Notes: generated by a model not told the origin, from the letters alone. 64,000 bases of DNA from Octopus vulgaris (GCA_951406725.2 OX597820.1:11036001-11100000), one strand, 5' to 3'; shown: positions 37,811 through 52,100, counted from the stretch's first letter. Numbers and translations: made by a program.

Positions 37811-38752
37811 CGGGTGAGTTTCTTCCTATCCAGACACGCACATCTATAAACCTAAGCACTGAGTGACACTCGACTCCGACCGTTCTTCGTTCATATCCAT
37901 TTTTCTTTTGTTTTCTTGGATTAGTTTGAGTTCTTTCCTCTTTTTTTCCATTCAAATATTGCATGACATCGCCATTTGCGTTTGCGCCCGTTTCTATTAC
38001 CGCACGCGGCCTGTGTGCGCATGTGCGTGTACACACTTCTCTATCTATGTCTATCTTTATCTATCAATCCATCTCTCTTTATCTGTTTATCTCTCTTTAT
38101 CTATCCATCTCTATTTATCTATTTATCTGTCTGTTTATCTATCTATCTACGTATCTGTGTGGTAAATAAAGATCCCAACCTTTCGTGCAATCAATTTGAA
38201 TACGTTCAGGTGACTTCAGCCATCGGTGGTGGTATGGTTAAATAACAGCAAATGTTGTTATAGGTTGTTTTTCATTTTTTTTTTTTTTGCTTTAATTTTT
38301 CTTCTTTGTTTTCCTTATCACATCATTTCATCTATTTACGTTGTTTATAAACATCAGACGGTGTCATCTCCTGGGCGCTGCGTATAAAAATACAAAAAAA
38401 GAACAAATATTGTTGACAGGTTGAGAAGAAGTCCAAAATGTCATATTACAAGATGGAAATACAGCAAAATACTTAATCCGTCACTCCACCGATTCTTCTA
38501 GTCCTCCATTCTCTTCCACTACAGATTATTAACTACCAATACCACTCCATGTTCTTAACTAGTCGATATTTCTCCATGTTATAAACCAATCAATGTGTCT
38601 CCATGTTTGAAGTAATCAATATGTCCCCAGGTTATTAGCTGGGCAATTTCTTTCCGTGTTATTAACTTAAAACTTAGCAAATATCTCGTGGCATTAAGTG
38701 AATTAGTTAACATCCTTTCATGTTTATTAACTAGACTATCTCAGTCCTTTAA

Positions 38753-39398
38753 GGCGGCGAGCTGGCAGAAACGTTAGCACGCCGGGCGAAATGCTTAGCG
38801 GTATTTCGTCTGCCGATACGTTCTGAGTTCAAATTCCGCCGAGGTCGACTTTGCTTCTCATCCTTTCGGGGTCGATTAAATAAGTACCAGTTACGCACTG
38901 GGGTCGATATAATCATCTTAATCCGTTTGTTTGTCTTCTCTGTGTTTAGCCCCTTCTGGGTAGTAAAGAAATAGGTATTTCGTCTGTCTTTATGTTCTGA
39001 GTTCAAATTCCGCCGAGGTCGACTTTGCTTCTCATCCTTTCGGGTCGATTAAATAAGTACCAGTTACGCACTGGGGTCGATATAATCATCTTAATCCGTT
39101 TGTTTGTCTTCTCTGTGTTTAGCCCCTTCTGGGTAGTAAAGAAATAGGTATTTCGTCTGTCTTTATGTTCTGAGTTCAAATTCCGCCGAGGTCGACTTTG
39201 CTTCTCATCCTTTCGGGGTCGATTAAATAAGTACCAGTTACGCACTGGGGTCGATATAATCATCTTAATCCGTTTGTTTGTCTTCTCTGTGTTTAGCCCC
39301 TTCTGGGTAGTAAAGAAATAGGTATTTCGTCTGTCTTTATGTTCTGAGTTCAAATTCCGCTGAGGTCGACTTTGCCTTTCATCCTATCGGGGTTCATT
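38753..39398 (+). mobile_element. SINE family B with 3.5 tandem 174-bp bodies
   Basis: GGTATTTCGTCTG occurs at 38800, 38974, 39147 and 39321. Confidence 0.9.
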
Positions 39399-39559
39399 AG
39401 CTAATTTCGTTCATGACACTCACTTTTCCTTGAATATGAGCTGCTGAAGTTAGAGTGCATCTTAATATACCCGTGTGTCTTTTATGCCGTGAAATACGGT
39501 TTGTTTTATTTAAAATATTTTATTTTGTTGGATTGAAGAAAGAACGAATCTCTGACGAT

Positions 39560-40075
39560 CTCAGATCCTCAAAGACCGGTGAAAAGGAAACGGGTAATTA
39601 TCTTCTTAAACAATCGTAAGCCACTGGTGACGGGGAAAGCATGTTTAAGGAGAGAATTCCAAACAGTCAATATTCTGGGGAGAAAGACCTGGGTATTGTA
39701 ATTAGTGCCGTTTCTGAGTGACACTACGTGGATGACACGAGAAGGGGAGACGTGGAAATAGGAAGTGTTTAATTAGAAATAGTATGAAACAGTGAGGGTG
39801 TAGTCAGGTCAGAGAAAAGAAACAAAGCTTATAGGCTAGAAATTAGAGTTAGTATTGGTGTTGGTGCTGATGTTAGCTTTGATTACTGGGTGTGACTTCA
39901 TATCAATCAACGGGGTGGCCTGCTTTGGATACGATTTCACATGTCTGGTTGTGTAGATGCAGCAACATCCCATATGTGCAAGTAGTAATCTTTTGGTGGT
40001 TTTACTGAAGCTTAAAAATATGATTAGTAGTTGTTGGGATCTAGAGTAAATTTTGACACTCAGGAGTGAGGGTAA
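39560..40075 (-). pseudogene. Highly decayed LINE ORF2 C-terminal remnant
   Basis: Minus-strand fragments like YYLHIWDVAAS..NRIQSR resemble Y.SHIWD....LDRIQ.RA. There are many disablements. Confidence 0.4.
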
Positions 40076-40123
40076 TCAATCATCTCCTAATATAATAATG
40101 AGCGAAATGTTTTTATAAATTTG

Positions 40124-40221
<98 letters not shown>

Positions 40222-42529
40222 GAATCACGCCGGACGCGGAGGAGGAGAGAATATAGTAATTCAGTGAAGGAGAAGTAGTGAGAGTAATAGCCCTGACCGA
40301 TCGGGAATGAGAGGAAGTCATAGCAATGACAGAAAAGAAGGGCTGATAGAGGAATAACGAAGGAAGGGGTGAAAAAAACAAATCAGCGTTTTAATTGCGT
40401 GAATATTTGTGTGTATGTGTGTGCATGTACAAGGGAAGTATGCGAATGTTTGTATGTGTGAGCATTATGTACCTTATTTATATATAAAATACTACAATTA
40501 GCCGTCATATTTGACGGCACGTGGTCGCATGAAGGAATCGCAAGATAGATTCTTTAAGCCGAGTCAATCGATAAGAGACCTAGGGGAAACTCGTGAGTGA
40601 ATTGGATAGATAATATCTATAGTCTGAGATGGTCACGGTTGGGAATCTAATCAGAAAATGTAATGACGATAGAACCTTGTGGGGGTGGAAAAGGACTCTA
40701 CCACACGACTCCCTCCCCTCCTGGAATAATGGTCAGTGAAACAGATGGAAATGAATAAGAAGTTACTAAAAATATACGACAAAGCGGAATATTTCAAAAA
40801 TATACTGACAGGAGTATATTTTTTATATATTTTCCAATTATACGCTGAACTTCATCCGTGAATAATATTGTAACATTCTCAGGAATTTTCCAAAATAATT
40901 GCAATAAATAAATTTCTCCTTAAATAATTATCTACTCAAGTTAGCAATGTTTCAATTATCTTTCAAATATATTCCACTGACGAAATATTTTATCATTTAA
41001 TACATTCCAAACTTCGATTAATATCTCTTCAAATTCATATAACTTGTCGCAGCTAATTTTCTCTTCCCTAGAATGTACCACATGACATTAGCTGCTCCAA
41101 CCTACGCCTATCATACAATAGATCGGCCTATCGTTGTAATTTCGGTATTCAAAGAGGACAGTAAATTAATATTTAATCGCTTTAACTCTTATCTTTGATC
41201 AATCAGATTAATAAGCATTAGTCGCATTCACCTCCATCCTCCTTTCCATCATCCGTATTCTAGTTCGTTATACATTAATCTCCTTCCCATTGTTCCTGCA
41301 TCTCTCGTCCTGCATCAAGATAATACATCTCAGTTAACCCTTCTATAGAGTCATTACCATTAGAGATATCAATGTCCACAGCACATGGCACTCTTCAATT
41401 AAACACTGTTGGTATGTAAGTGCAAACTTTTGCGGTTTTGAACCCTCTAATTTTGCCCATTGCACAGACAAGCCAAAAAACCGTAGCTGAACTCCAAGTA
41501 TATCACAAGCAACATTGAGAAAGAACGTGACCTGTAACAACGAGAAAATACCGTCTGCCTCAACATACTGAAGAATATGACCTACAACAACCAGAAACTA
41601 CTAAATACCAACCATCTCTACAGGTTTAGTAGGTTTACACACGATCACAATTTCTGAAATTACAGTCGAAAATCATGCATTCGTACATTGCACATCCTAC
41701 ATCTCTTCCAATTCACAAGGTGCAGTCGTCACTTTTGGGGCTTTCCCAGGAAGATTTCTACCAGCTTGTCTGAAATCTCCTGCCTCCACTCTTCAACCGA
41801 GATATACTCTCGGCAGTATTCCAAGAAAGGAGTGTTTTATATTTGCTGCCCGCTTTGCCACCAACTCTGTATTACTCGTGCTCAGAGAAACCTCTCCACT
41901 TCATAAGTTTTACCATTACGAGCATATACGTACCAAATGCAAATCACTAGTCTATTCGAAGATGCCCAAGAAGGCTAAAATCAGCCGACTATCGATCTAT
42001 CTCTCAAACTTCCAGCATCTCAAAGTTAATGGAAATAATTGTTTATTATAATCCACCTTCTCCAACATCCCTTGAATGTCTTGCTCTCTCCAGTACTTTA
42101 TTGAACGAGTTATGTTGAGGATCTGCCCATCTGTGTCACACAAAGGGACTCCCCATCATTGACAAACTCAGTTGAAATCATTTCGCTTCTCTTAGCTGAA
42201 TCTATCTCCCACCGGAATCTCCAGTGCAAGTTGCCAATTTATAGGTTCTATCTGTTTGTTGCCACTTTCAATATCAGATGATACCCTCACAGTGCACGTG
42301 GATGGGGCCCTTCCGAAATAACAATCTGTCAACTCCGATATACCTTAAGTTCTTCACGTTGCCGGCACTCTCTTTGCTTCTACTTTATCTACCTTCATAT
42401 TGTTGCCTATAACAAGAATCATATGATATTAATCTTCGTTTGTCCCTCTATTTCTGACCACAGGTGTCATGAAAATGTCACCAAGATGTCATACAACATA
42501 CTGCACTTCACTTTCTCCAGGTAAACAGA

Positions 42530-42860
42530 TTTCGAAAACAATCTCCAATGGAGCTGTACCAATCTTGTAACATTCAACACTACAAAAACACAATCACTGT
42601 ATATAGCAAGGAAGGGCTTTTTCTACTTTTTTGATCTTAGACATCACGAAGCTAAAATCTCAAAGTCATGTTGGACTTACCATCACCGATCATCCCTCCT
42701 TGTGATCTCTCACTTATAACAGAAAAAATTGCATCCCTAAGACTAACCTTCAACTTTAGGTCCAGAAAATACTTTAAAACCTTCTTGACTATAAAATCCA
42801 AGTTTGTCACGCAAAGTGATATTGCTCCGACATGTGAGGTAGTGTTTGTGTTAATCTTAC
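42530..42860 (+). pseudogene. Highly decayed LINE RT thumb/C-terminal remnant
   Basis: QWSCTNLVTFNTTKTQ and FRSRKYF motifs are typical of CR1/Jockey-type ORF2. The remnant probably extends upstream. Confidence 0.45.
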
Positions 42861-44204
42861 ACACATGAACAAAAGAAAACCTGTATGGATCCACAATTCG
42901 AATAGTGATGATGAACTCGAAATGAAGGACATAAATTAGAATACTGGTCAGTAGATCTTGTGGGCGTTGTCTCGCGCCAGTGAAAGGAGCCGAGGAGCTG
43001 TAAAAACGTCGAAAAGATGACCCTTGAAATCTACTGACTCAGGTATGCGGAGCTCTCGATTGGTAACACTTGCACAAGCAAACTGTTTGCGAGACTCAGG
43101 GTGATAGCCAAATGCTCACACATTAATGCACTTCCCAATTCTAGCCCACAGATGCGCTTCATATTCAGAATGTCTCACTAACTAACAGTCTTATAACGGC
43201 CTGTATATCTCGGAGTTGGAGTTAATTAATCTTGTATCACCTCCACCTGTGTTCACCAAATATACTTGCCTCGCTTCCTTTTTGTCTCCTGTTTTCTGAG
43301 GGAAAAAACACAGAATGGTTGATGAATAGAGGAGATACATGCTTACTGCTCCTGTCGTGTTTCTTCTTCCAGGCTCTGAACTAAATTACCAAACAGGGCA
43401 ACACTCTGGAATCACTTTTCTGTCTGCGATGGTCTTTCAGGGATCGATTTCAAGATGTTTAAGCTGAAAGTCAAATGCATCCAACTTTCCCAACTCGAAA
43501 TGTCAGAGAGGTAATGTAAACAACCGCATTTTTCTCGATTCACCATAAAGAAATAAAAACTTAAAAGCATTATAAACATACGATGTTATAATTTTGAAAA
43601 TATATTTATCGCATGTGAGAAACAGTTAAAGGTGTTTATGAATTCAGTGTATAAATCATTATGAGAAGACGCGTAGCTTAGTGGTTAAGGCTTTCGGCTC
43701 ATGATTGTAAGGTCGTGAGTTCAATTCCCGGCGACTCGTTGTGTCCTTGAGCAAGACACTTAATTTCACATTGCTCCAGTCCATTCGGCTGACAAAAATA
43801 AGTAGTACCTGTATTTCAAAAGAGCCAGCCTTGTCACATTCTGTGTCAAGCTGAATCTCTCTGAGAACAACGTTAAGGATATACGTGTAGGTGTCTATGG
43901 AGTGCTCAACCGTTTGCACGTTAGTTTCACGAGCAAGCTGTTCCGTTGATCGGATCAGCAAGAATCCTTGTCGTCGTAAGCGACGGAGGGCCAGTGTGAA
44001 TCATTGAGAAGGTATGACATAGCTTGAAACATTAAGAAGGCACAAGTATGGCTGTTTGATTAAGAAGTTCGCTTTGCAACCACGTAGTTCCAGGTTCAAT
44101 GCCACTGCGTGGCACTTTTAGCTTGCATCTTCTATTATAACTCCGGACTGACAAAAGCCTTGTGAAAAAAATTTGATGGAAGGAAACAATGTGGATGTCC
44201 GTTG

Positions 44205-44236
<32 letters not shown>

Positions 44237-44256
44237 CGTGTGTGTGTGTATATGCG

Positions 44257-44329
<73 letters not shown>

Positions 44330-44725
44330 CTTTGCACCTGTCTTTGTCTCCTTGTATTGCTTGAGAACCTAGGTTGGTTGGTTTAAGAACCTGTAACTTA
44401 GCAGTCTAGTGAAAGAAACCAATAGAATAAATAACAGGCTTCTAAAAAACACCTAAGTTAATTTGTTCAACAAAAGCCCTCTAATGTAGTGCCCTAGTAT
44501 GGCCGCAGTCCAGTGACTGAAACAAGATAAGAATAACCACATGAAAAGAAATATGAAGTCTATCGAAATGTGATAATGAGATGAGTGACGATGGTTGAAG
44601 ATAGATCAATCCTTGATCTACAGGGACATACACATAAACATGACCATTTCTGCATGCACAACATTCGAGTTTCTAAAGTTCAGCAGATATGGAAGATAAA
44701 ATTTTATAACATCTCACGCCAACAA

Positions 44726-44940
44726 GGCGGCGAGCTGGCAGAATCGTTAGCACGCCGTGCGAAATGCTTAGCAATATTTCGTCTGCCGCTATGTTCTGAG
44801 TTCAAATTCCGCCGAGGTCGATTTTGCCTTTCATCCGTTTGGGGTCGATAAATTAAGTACCAGTTGCGTACTAGGGTCGATATAATCAACTGGCCCCCTC
44901 TGCCATAATTTTGGGCCTTGTTCCTAGAGTAGGAAAGAAT
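44726..44940 (+). mobile_element. SINE family B (alternative tail)
   Basis: Standard head and Meta-like body, with tail TTTGGGCCTTGTTCCTAGAGTAGGAAAGAAT. Confidence 0.75.
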
Positions 44941-45710
44941 ATCTCACATCAAGAACGGAGACTCCATACGGTTGTCAAGCACATAGAATAGGTCCCTTTC
45001 ACTGATGTGAGACACCACTTACAGGGTCTACTGACTAGCGGTCTATTTTATGTCCTTTACTTCGGGTTCATCAGCGCTATTCGAATTGTGAAGCCATGTA
45101 GGTTTTCTTTAGTTTCCTTCGTATCTGACCCCTTTGCCTGTCTTGTGTATCACATGTGGCACACAGACCATATTTCCCTGGTGTCCATGCATCATATATG
45201 ATACACATGTTCATGTTTTTTAACCACCGGAATGAGTTAAAACTTACGAAAGGAAAGCTTTATGTTACTCAGAAAACAAGCGTGAATGTTTAGCACAAAC
45301 TTATGAAAATGCTTTTGGGCAGACAAAGGGTGAAGAATCAATCATATTGTGATGTTCCCAGAACAAAGTATTACAGGGATGGTCTTCACTTTGATGCTTT
45401 AATCGAAGTTGTGTTTGATCAGGGACAGCGTCGGATGAAACAAAGACACGATTCTTGAAAGAAAAGAGATCAAAATTAAGGAAAATGTCAAACAATGATT
45501 GAAGACTTTAAATCTTATTTCAATGAGAGAATTTCTTTATTTCGAAATTAATTCACAGCAATCTTTGTTTCTGCTAAGCATTTAATCTCATTATCGCCCA
45601 TTCTCTATCTTTCTCTTACATCCACCCCCTTCACTCTCTTCTTTCACCCTCTCCTCTTCCTGTCCATCTCTCTCTCTCTCTCTTTTTCTCTGTATACGCA
45701 TATACACACC

Positions 45711-45756
45711 TATAGATAGATAGATAGATAGATAGATAGACATACAGACAGACAGG

Positions 45757-45807
<51 letters not shown>

Positions 45808-45808
45808 G

Positions 45809-45866
<58 letters not shown>

Positions 45867-45907
45867 TGCAGACAGACAGACAAGCAGACAGACAAGCAGA
45901 CAGACAG

Positions 45908-45960
<53 letters not shown>

Positions 45961-45975
45961 GGCAGACAGACAGAC

Positions 45976-46044
<69 letters not shown>

Positions 46045-46465
46045 TCTTTATTAGCCACACAGAGCTGCACACAGACGGGTCAGATTACAAAGTAGAGTTT
46101 TTCTTTTTGGTGGAGAGGAGAAAAAAAAAGAGGTGGGTTCGGTTTTCAATCAAAAGGGATCGTAAAAGGGAAAGAAGAAAAAAAGGGGAAAAAAAACGAA
46201 TAGCGATCATGTGTCATGGTGTAAAGTGTAAAGGGGGAAGCAGATAAGGTTTATCCGTGGGAACAAAAGCCTACAGAAAAGACCACGGTAACCTCGGTCA
46301 ATGATGTTACATGTTACCACATTTTTTTGCAAGTAGGTAACCCTCTGTTTTAAATTTTCCGGGTTCATAGGATTATGCTCAAGGTGGCTTCATCATTCAT
46401 ACGTGCCATCCTTGCTACATTCACTCATCTTTCTTTGAAACATTCGCTCGACAAAACTTGCCTCT

Positions 46466-46562
<97 letters not shown>

Positions 46563-46710
46563 CAGGTAGGTAGCTAGATAGTATGTATGTAGGTAGGTAG
46601 GTAGGTAGGTAGGTAGGTAGGTAGGTAGGTAGGTAGGTAGGTAGACGGGCAGACAGACATACAGACAGACAGACAGACAGACAGGCAGGCAGACAGACAG
46701 ACAGACAGAC

Positions 46711-46800
<90 letters not shown>

Positions 46801-46852
46801 GCAGGCAGGCAGGCAGGTAGGCAGATAGACAGACAGACTGATGGATGGATGT
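45711..46852. repeat. Compound (GATA)n/(GACA)n/(GGTA)n microsatellite, interrupted by a LINE end
   Basis: Direct reading of the sequence. Confidence 0.9.
46045..46465 (-). mobile_element. Tx1/L1-like LINE 3' end inserted in (GATA)n
   Basis: Minus translation [23 protein letters not shown] (F..RW C-terminal motif, W mutated to stop), then a pyrimidine-rich 3' UTR ending CTAATAAAGA. Confidence 0.55.
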
Positions 46853-47297
46853 ATATGCACTGTTCCTATATAAGTACAATAGACTGTGGTGATTGTTCTC
46901 CTAACGACCTTCTTTATTCTCTTCAACTCCTGTTTTTTTCTATTACATAATATCAATAAAGACATGCAACAACGACTCGGCCAACCTCGACATCTGAGCA
47001 TCGTTTTAAGTCTGAACCTCTTTTGTACAGAACGATGTATGTGTATGAACTTGTTCGATTCTTTTAATGTGCATATAAGAATATGCACCTGAAAGCCAAT
47101 TTCTCTCTCTCTCTTTCTCTTTCTCTCTCTATCTCACTCTCTCTCTCTCCCTCTCTCCCTATTAGTAACTCTCTCTGGCTCTCTGATACTCACTGTCTCA
47201 CACACACTCGCTCTCTCTTTCTATCAATCTATTCTCTCTCTTTCTCTCTCTCTCTCTCACTCTTTCTACTTCTGTTTGATTCTCTCTCTCATATCTT

Positions 47298-47355
<58 letters not shown>

Positions 47356-47356
47356 G

Positions 47357-47399
<43 letters not shown>

Positions 47400-47413
47400 A
47401 TATGTATGTATAT

Positions 47414-47486
<73 letters not shown>

Positions 47487-47536
47487 TATATATGTGTGTA
47501 TGTATATACATATATATGTGTGTGTATATATGCGCG

Positions 47537-47585
<49 letters not shown>

Positions 47586-48217
47586 GCTTGATCTTATTAG
47601 TAAATAGTTTGATATGTAATTCATATCTGAAGCAATCTATCAACAGCTAAAATGCTATTAATCTGTTACTGTGATTGTTTGGTCCCGAGATTAGCTCAAA
47701 ATGAGATAACCAATAATTTTAAGCCACACGTTTTTCGGGGCTTTTGTTGTTTTTCTTTCACAGACCTAGTAGGGGCAGGCGTGGCTATGTGGGGGAAAAG
47801 TTCGTTTACACCTACGTCGTTTCGGATTCTCTCTCACTACGCAACATCCCGGACTGGTGTCTGCTACTATAGCCCCATACCGACTAATGACTAATTCTTT
47901 GTGAGTGAATATGATAGACGGAAACTGTGTGGAAGCTCGTCATGTATATATGTGTGTGCGTGTGTCTGTGTCTATGTTTGTCCATCATACTCATCACTTG
48001 ACAACTTGTGTTAGCTTGTGTACGCGCCGATGAATTAGAGGTTCGACGATAGAAAACGATAAACGATGAAATTGATTCATTCGTTAAAACCCTTTAAAAC
48101 AGTGCCCCAGCATGTCCATAGTTCAACGGTTGAAACAATAAAAAATAAAGATTAAAATAATAAAATAGTTCATTAAGGCTACTCTGTTCATTTCTAAAGA
48201 CGTTGGAGCGCAATATA

Positions 48218-49075
48218 CGAGGAGGTACCCAAAAGTAACCGAAAACGTTCTCTGAGAGACAAACCCGCTGTAGTTAAGGCTTCCGCTGCTAGAATCCACT
48301 TGATGCGATCCTCAGGCATCAGTCTGCCGACCGGCGTCGTCGGGTGGGGTCCTACAGCAACGAGGTGCATCTTTGTTTTGCAGTGCTTCTTCTCTGTTCG
48401 TCGATTTTTGCGATGGCTGAAACGATGGAACCGCGTGCTTCCGTTAAATTTTGTTTTCTGCTGAGGAAAATGGCGGCCGAAATAGTTGTCATGCTTCAAA
48501 CAGCAAGTTTACAAGTAGTTTTCGCACTTTAGGAATGGCTAGTTGTCGCTTGAAGATCAATCTCGTTCAGAGCGACCGTCGACCTCTCGAACGAATGAGA
48601 ACATCAAGAAAATTCACGAACTGATCTTGGAGGACCGTCGCCGAGCAATTGACAAACTTATGACTGGTGTGTCCTGGAGCTTCTACCGCCGGGTTTTGAA
48701 CGAGGGATTGCAAATGAAAAGTGTTGCGGTAAAATTTGTCTCGCTTGCTCATGGAAGATCAAAAGTAGTCACGACTGAATGCGTGTCGTAAACTGAAAGA
48801 ATAGCTAGAAGTTGATCCGGACCTTTTTTTCGAAGATCCTTACTGGTGACGAAAGCTGGTGCTACGGAATTTGCAGATGTGCAAGAGGTGAACAAAAAAT
48901 CGACGGAGGCGTTAAAATGCATCACTTCGCAAGAGTTCCAGCACTGCTTCGAGCAGTGGGAAACGCGTATGAATCGATGCTTTGCTTCAAATGGAGAATA
49001 TTTAGAAGGTAATAAAAGTGTAAACATATAAAACTAAGTGAATAAAATAATATTACAAAATTCCGGTTTCTTTTG
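48218..49075 (+). mobile_element. Mariner DNA transposon, internally deleted (second copy)
   Basis: Homologous to 14601-15514, including the TGDESWCYG|FADV junction. The right TIR is truncated. Confidence 0.88.
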
Positions 49076-49583
49076 ACAACTATTTCTAGCAGACCGTCTC
49101 ACTGCCTCCATAAAGGCTACTTCATTTCGTGGTTCTTAATAGAAACCGCTTAATAGGATAAACAAGATGAAATGTTGAAGCATAACAGCGTTATGTTACT
49201 GAGTTATTCTCCGTATAACTTATTGGAAACATCTGTCTTTTAATGCATCGTTGTAATAATGAGTAACGCGATTAAAGAATTAATCGCTATAGGATAAGCT
49301 TCATAAGTGCGTAATAATGCTCTTAACTAAGTTTTAAGAATTATTAAAGGTCGGTTGAACTTCATGTTAACGTACTACAAAATTCGATTCCTTTTTATAT
49401 GTAACGACAGTATCGAAAACTGAGTTATGTCTCAGAAATTAATTACGCCCAGATTCCTATCTACTTTAATCTTTAAATCTAACTCTTCGAAGGAATTAAT
49501 GAATTCGTTTCTGACAGCGTGCATTTAATGGCAATTCATGTTTCGAAAACTTTGTAGTCCAACATCACGATAAAGACTGACTA

Positions 49584-49655
<72 letters not shown>

Positions 49656-50144
49656 AGTTAACTATAAATTGCATCCTCTATGAATTGGATTTGTCGAAGT
49701 TAGATCATGTAATTTCAGATAAGCCACAATCTTCTTTAGAAATACGCTACAAGGCCAACGAAGTGTTTATGATGTAATGATGTCTGAAAGGGTCATATGT
49801 TGCTATGTTGTGGAATCCCTTGCTTTCACCTTCCTCCGATATTTATTATAGACATTGCTATGAGCCTGTCATAGTGCCCATGGACAAGTGGGCAGTTTGT
49901 TGACGGAACTCACCGGAGAAAGAGGAACAGAGAGTAAAGATGAGTCTCACTAAATAAACATGAATGGTAGTGCTTTGTAGTAAATATTGTTTGCCAACAT
50001 AACATGGCAGTCCTGGTTTATGACTAATGTGGCTGTAATTTCGCCCCAGGAGACATCGTCTCCAGTTAGTTATACGACACGATCTGTATCCTTATATTTT
50101 CGAACAAGGGAATCTAGCACCCCCTCTCAGCTCAAAACACATAC

Positions 50145-50208
<64 letters not shown>

Positions 50209-50614
50209 GTGTATATATATATATATATGTGTGTGTGTGTACAAAAATACAAACTGGGACAAGAACGCAAAACATTTAGAAGACGATGTAAAAAAACACG
50301 GACGGGACATTCGAAGCCTTCAATCTTCAGTAAAGAAAATAGAAAGATAATTAATAAATTATTATTTATTAATTAAAAAATTGACAAACATCTCTTCCAG
50401 CTGTTTCATTTGAAGACCTTCAGAAAGTTAATTAATGAAATTGACAATTATTTGAAAGTCGAATCTCGACAGAGTAGTTTAAGATAAACAAAATAGGTGT
50501 TCAATTCCTGCAAGTTAGCCCCAGGAGACACCGTCTCCAGCTGGTTATACGACACGATCTGTGTCCTTGTATTTTACGAACAAGGGAATCTAGCACCCCA
50601 ACTCAGCTCAAAAC

Positions 50615-51170
50615 AATATCGTAAGTTCCTTTTAAAATTACAGAATCTGCAAAGGGTACAGATGGGAAAGCATTGCCATTACGTAAGAGAACAGTCTTAG
50701 TACTGTACAGAGACGTATCGATAAACAATCTGAAGTCTTCTGGGTCGTAGACAATATTAAGGTCATTAAACAATCCCTGGATATTGTTGCAAAAAACACA
50801 AGTTGTTCTCCACTGAAAATGATGCTGCAAATTATCAGAACAGGCTCTAAATTTCGTAATCCTTACATCCTTTTCTAGTAAATTTTTCCATTGAAGCCGG
50901 GAGGCGAGTGATTCACTTTGCTGTTTTGTTAAACCTATTTCTCGTATTAAATCGTTTAATTCAGGCCGGTTAAGAAACTTTGGCTCCGATAATGTTTGTG
51001 CTTGTTCAAATGAGTCGTTAAATTTTGCGTCTGTGCCATCTGAGTCTTCTAAATTGGCTGATATTTGCATTTCTGAGGGTGGTTCGAGAACTGGATATCT
51101 GCAGAATGGGTCCCAGTACGCATAACTGATCTGAGGCTTGGATACACAATCGATTTTCCTCTTTTCTTGA
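50615..51170 (-). pseudogene. DNA transposase fragment, probably Chapaev3-like (CMC/Transib-related)
   Basis: ELNDLIREIGLTKQQSESLASRL..FCNNIQGL..YDPEDFRLFIDTS..KTVLLRNGN.FPSVP, with IVYPSLRSVMR..H upstream. The superfamily assignment is from recalled motifs. Confidence 0.6.
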
Positions 51171-51335
51171 ACAAAAAAGTTGAATTATAAACTTCAATAT
51201 TACAGAGAATAAATTCGATACAAATTATAATATATAGGTATTATAATAGTATACTACAAATAAATCAATATGTTATATATACATATGTGTTATATAAACA
51301 CACACATATACATACATATATATACATATATATAG

Positions 51336-51540
51336 CTCCTGCAACACTATGACTGGGTATTAAAACAGCTACTAAATGACTCAAATGTGGATGTGATATA
51401 TCTTGACTTTGCAAAGGCCTTTGATAAAGTCGACCACAGTATGATTTGTCACAAACTGCATGGTCTCGGCATTGGCGGAAAACTCGGAGAGTGGCTGCAC
51501 AACTTCTTAAAAGATAGAAGGCAGGCAGTTGTGACCAATG
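51336..51540 (+). pseudogene. Isolated reverse-transcriptase fragment, CR1-like LINE
   Basis: Open translation LLQHYDWVLKQLLNDSNVDVIYLDFAKAFDKVDHSMICHKLHGLGIGGKLGEWLHNFLKDRRQAVV. Confidence 0.85.
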
Positions 51541-52044
51541 CTAAATAATAGTTTGAGTGGATTTTTAACTAAAAAATATTAAAGTATTCGAATTGGAAGA
51601 AAACTAAAGAAAGCAAAATATTTAATTAAATAAAAGCTGAAAGATAGAGGAAGTAATAGGGAATGTGTTAGGAGACAGGTGTAAGTAAACTGTGATTATA
51701 GTGTGTATATATAGGTGGAGATAGGAACAAATATAGTTTAAATAGTTGGACAGTAGTGTAGTGAAGGCTCAATTGCGGGACGTGCGAAAAAATTCTTTTC
51801 ATTTATACTCCATTGTATAAATGTAAAATCTTATAATGCTGTCTGTAAAGAAGTTGTATCCTAATTTTTCTTTTATGTATTTTCTGTTTCACGTTTATCC
51901 TTGTTGATGATCTCACACCGTTTGTTATGACGACAGTAATGTTAGAATCACTAATCACCATAAGTATTAAGGAAGTATATCAAGTTTAGAAAAGTGAAGT
52001 CTCATTCTTTTTCTTTAACCCGGACAACGCCGGATACTTCTGCT

Positions 52045-52098
<54 letters not shown>

Positions 52099-52100
52099 GG

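Noticed and set aside
37359-38036. Poly-E/K/R/L ORFs
   Set aside because: They are translations of (GAA)n in all frames.
52018-52047. Second Helitron (3' hairpin plus CTAG-T)
   Set aside because: The 3' end resembles the 2288 element, but no 5' TC terminus could be placed, so its extent is undefined.
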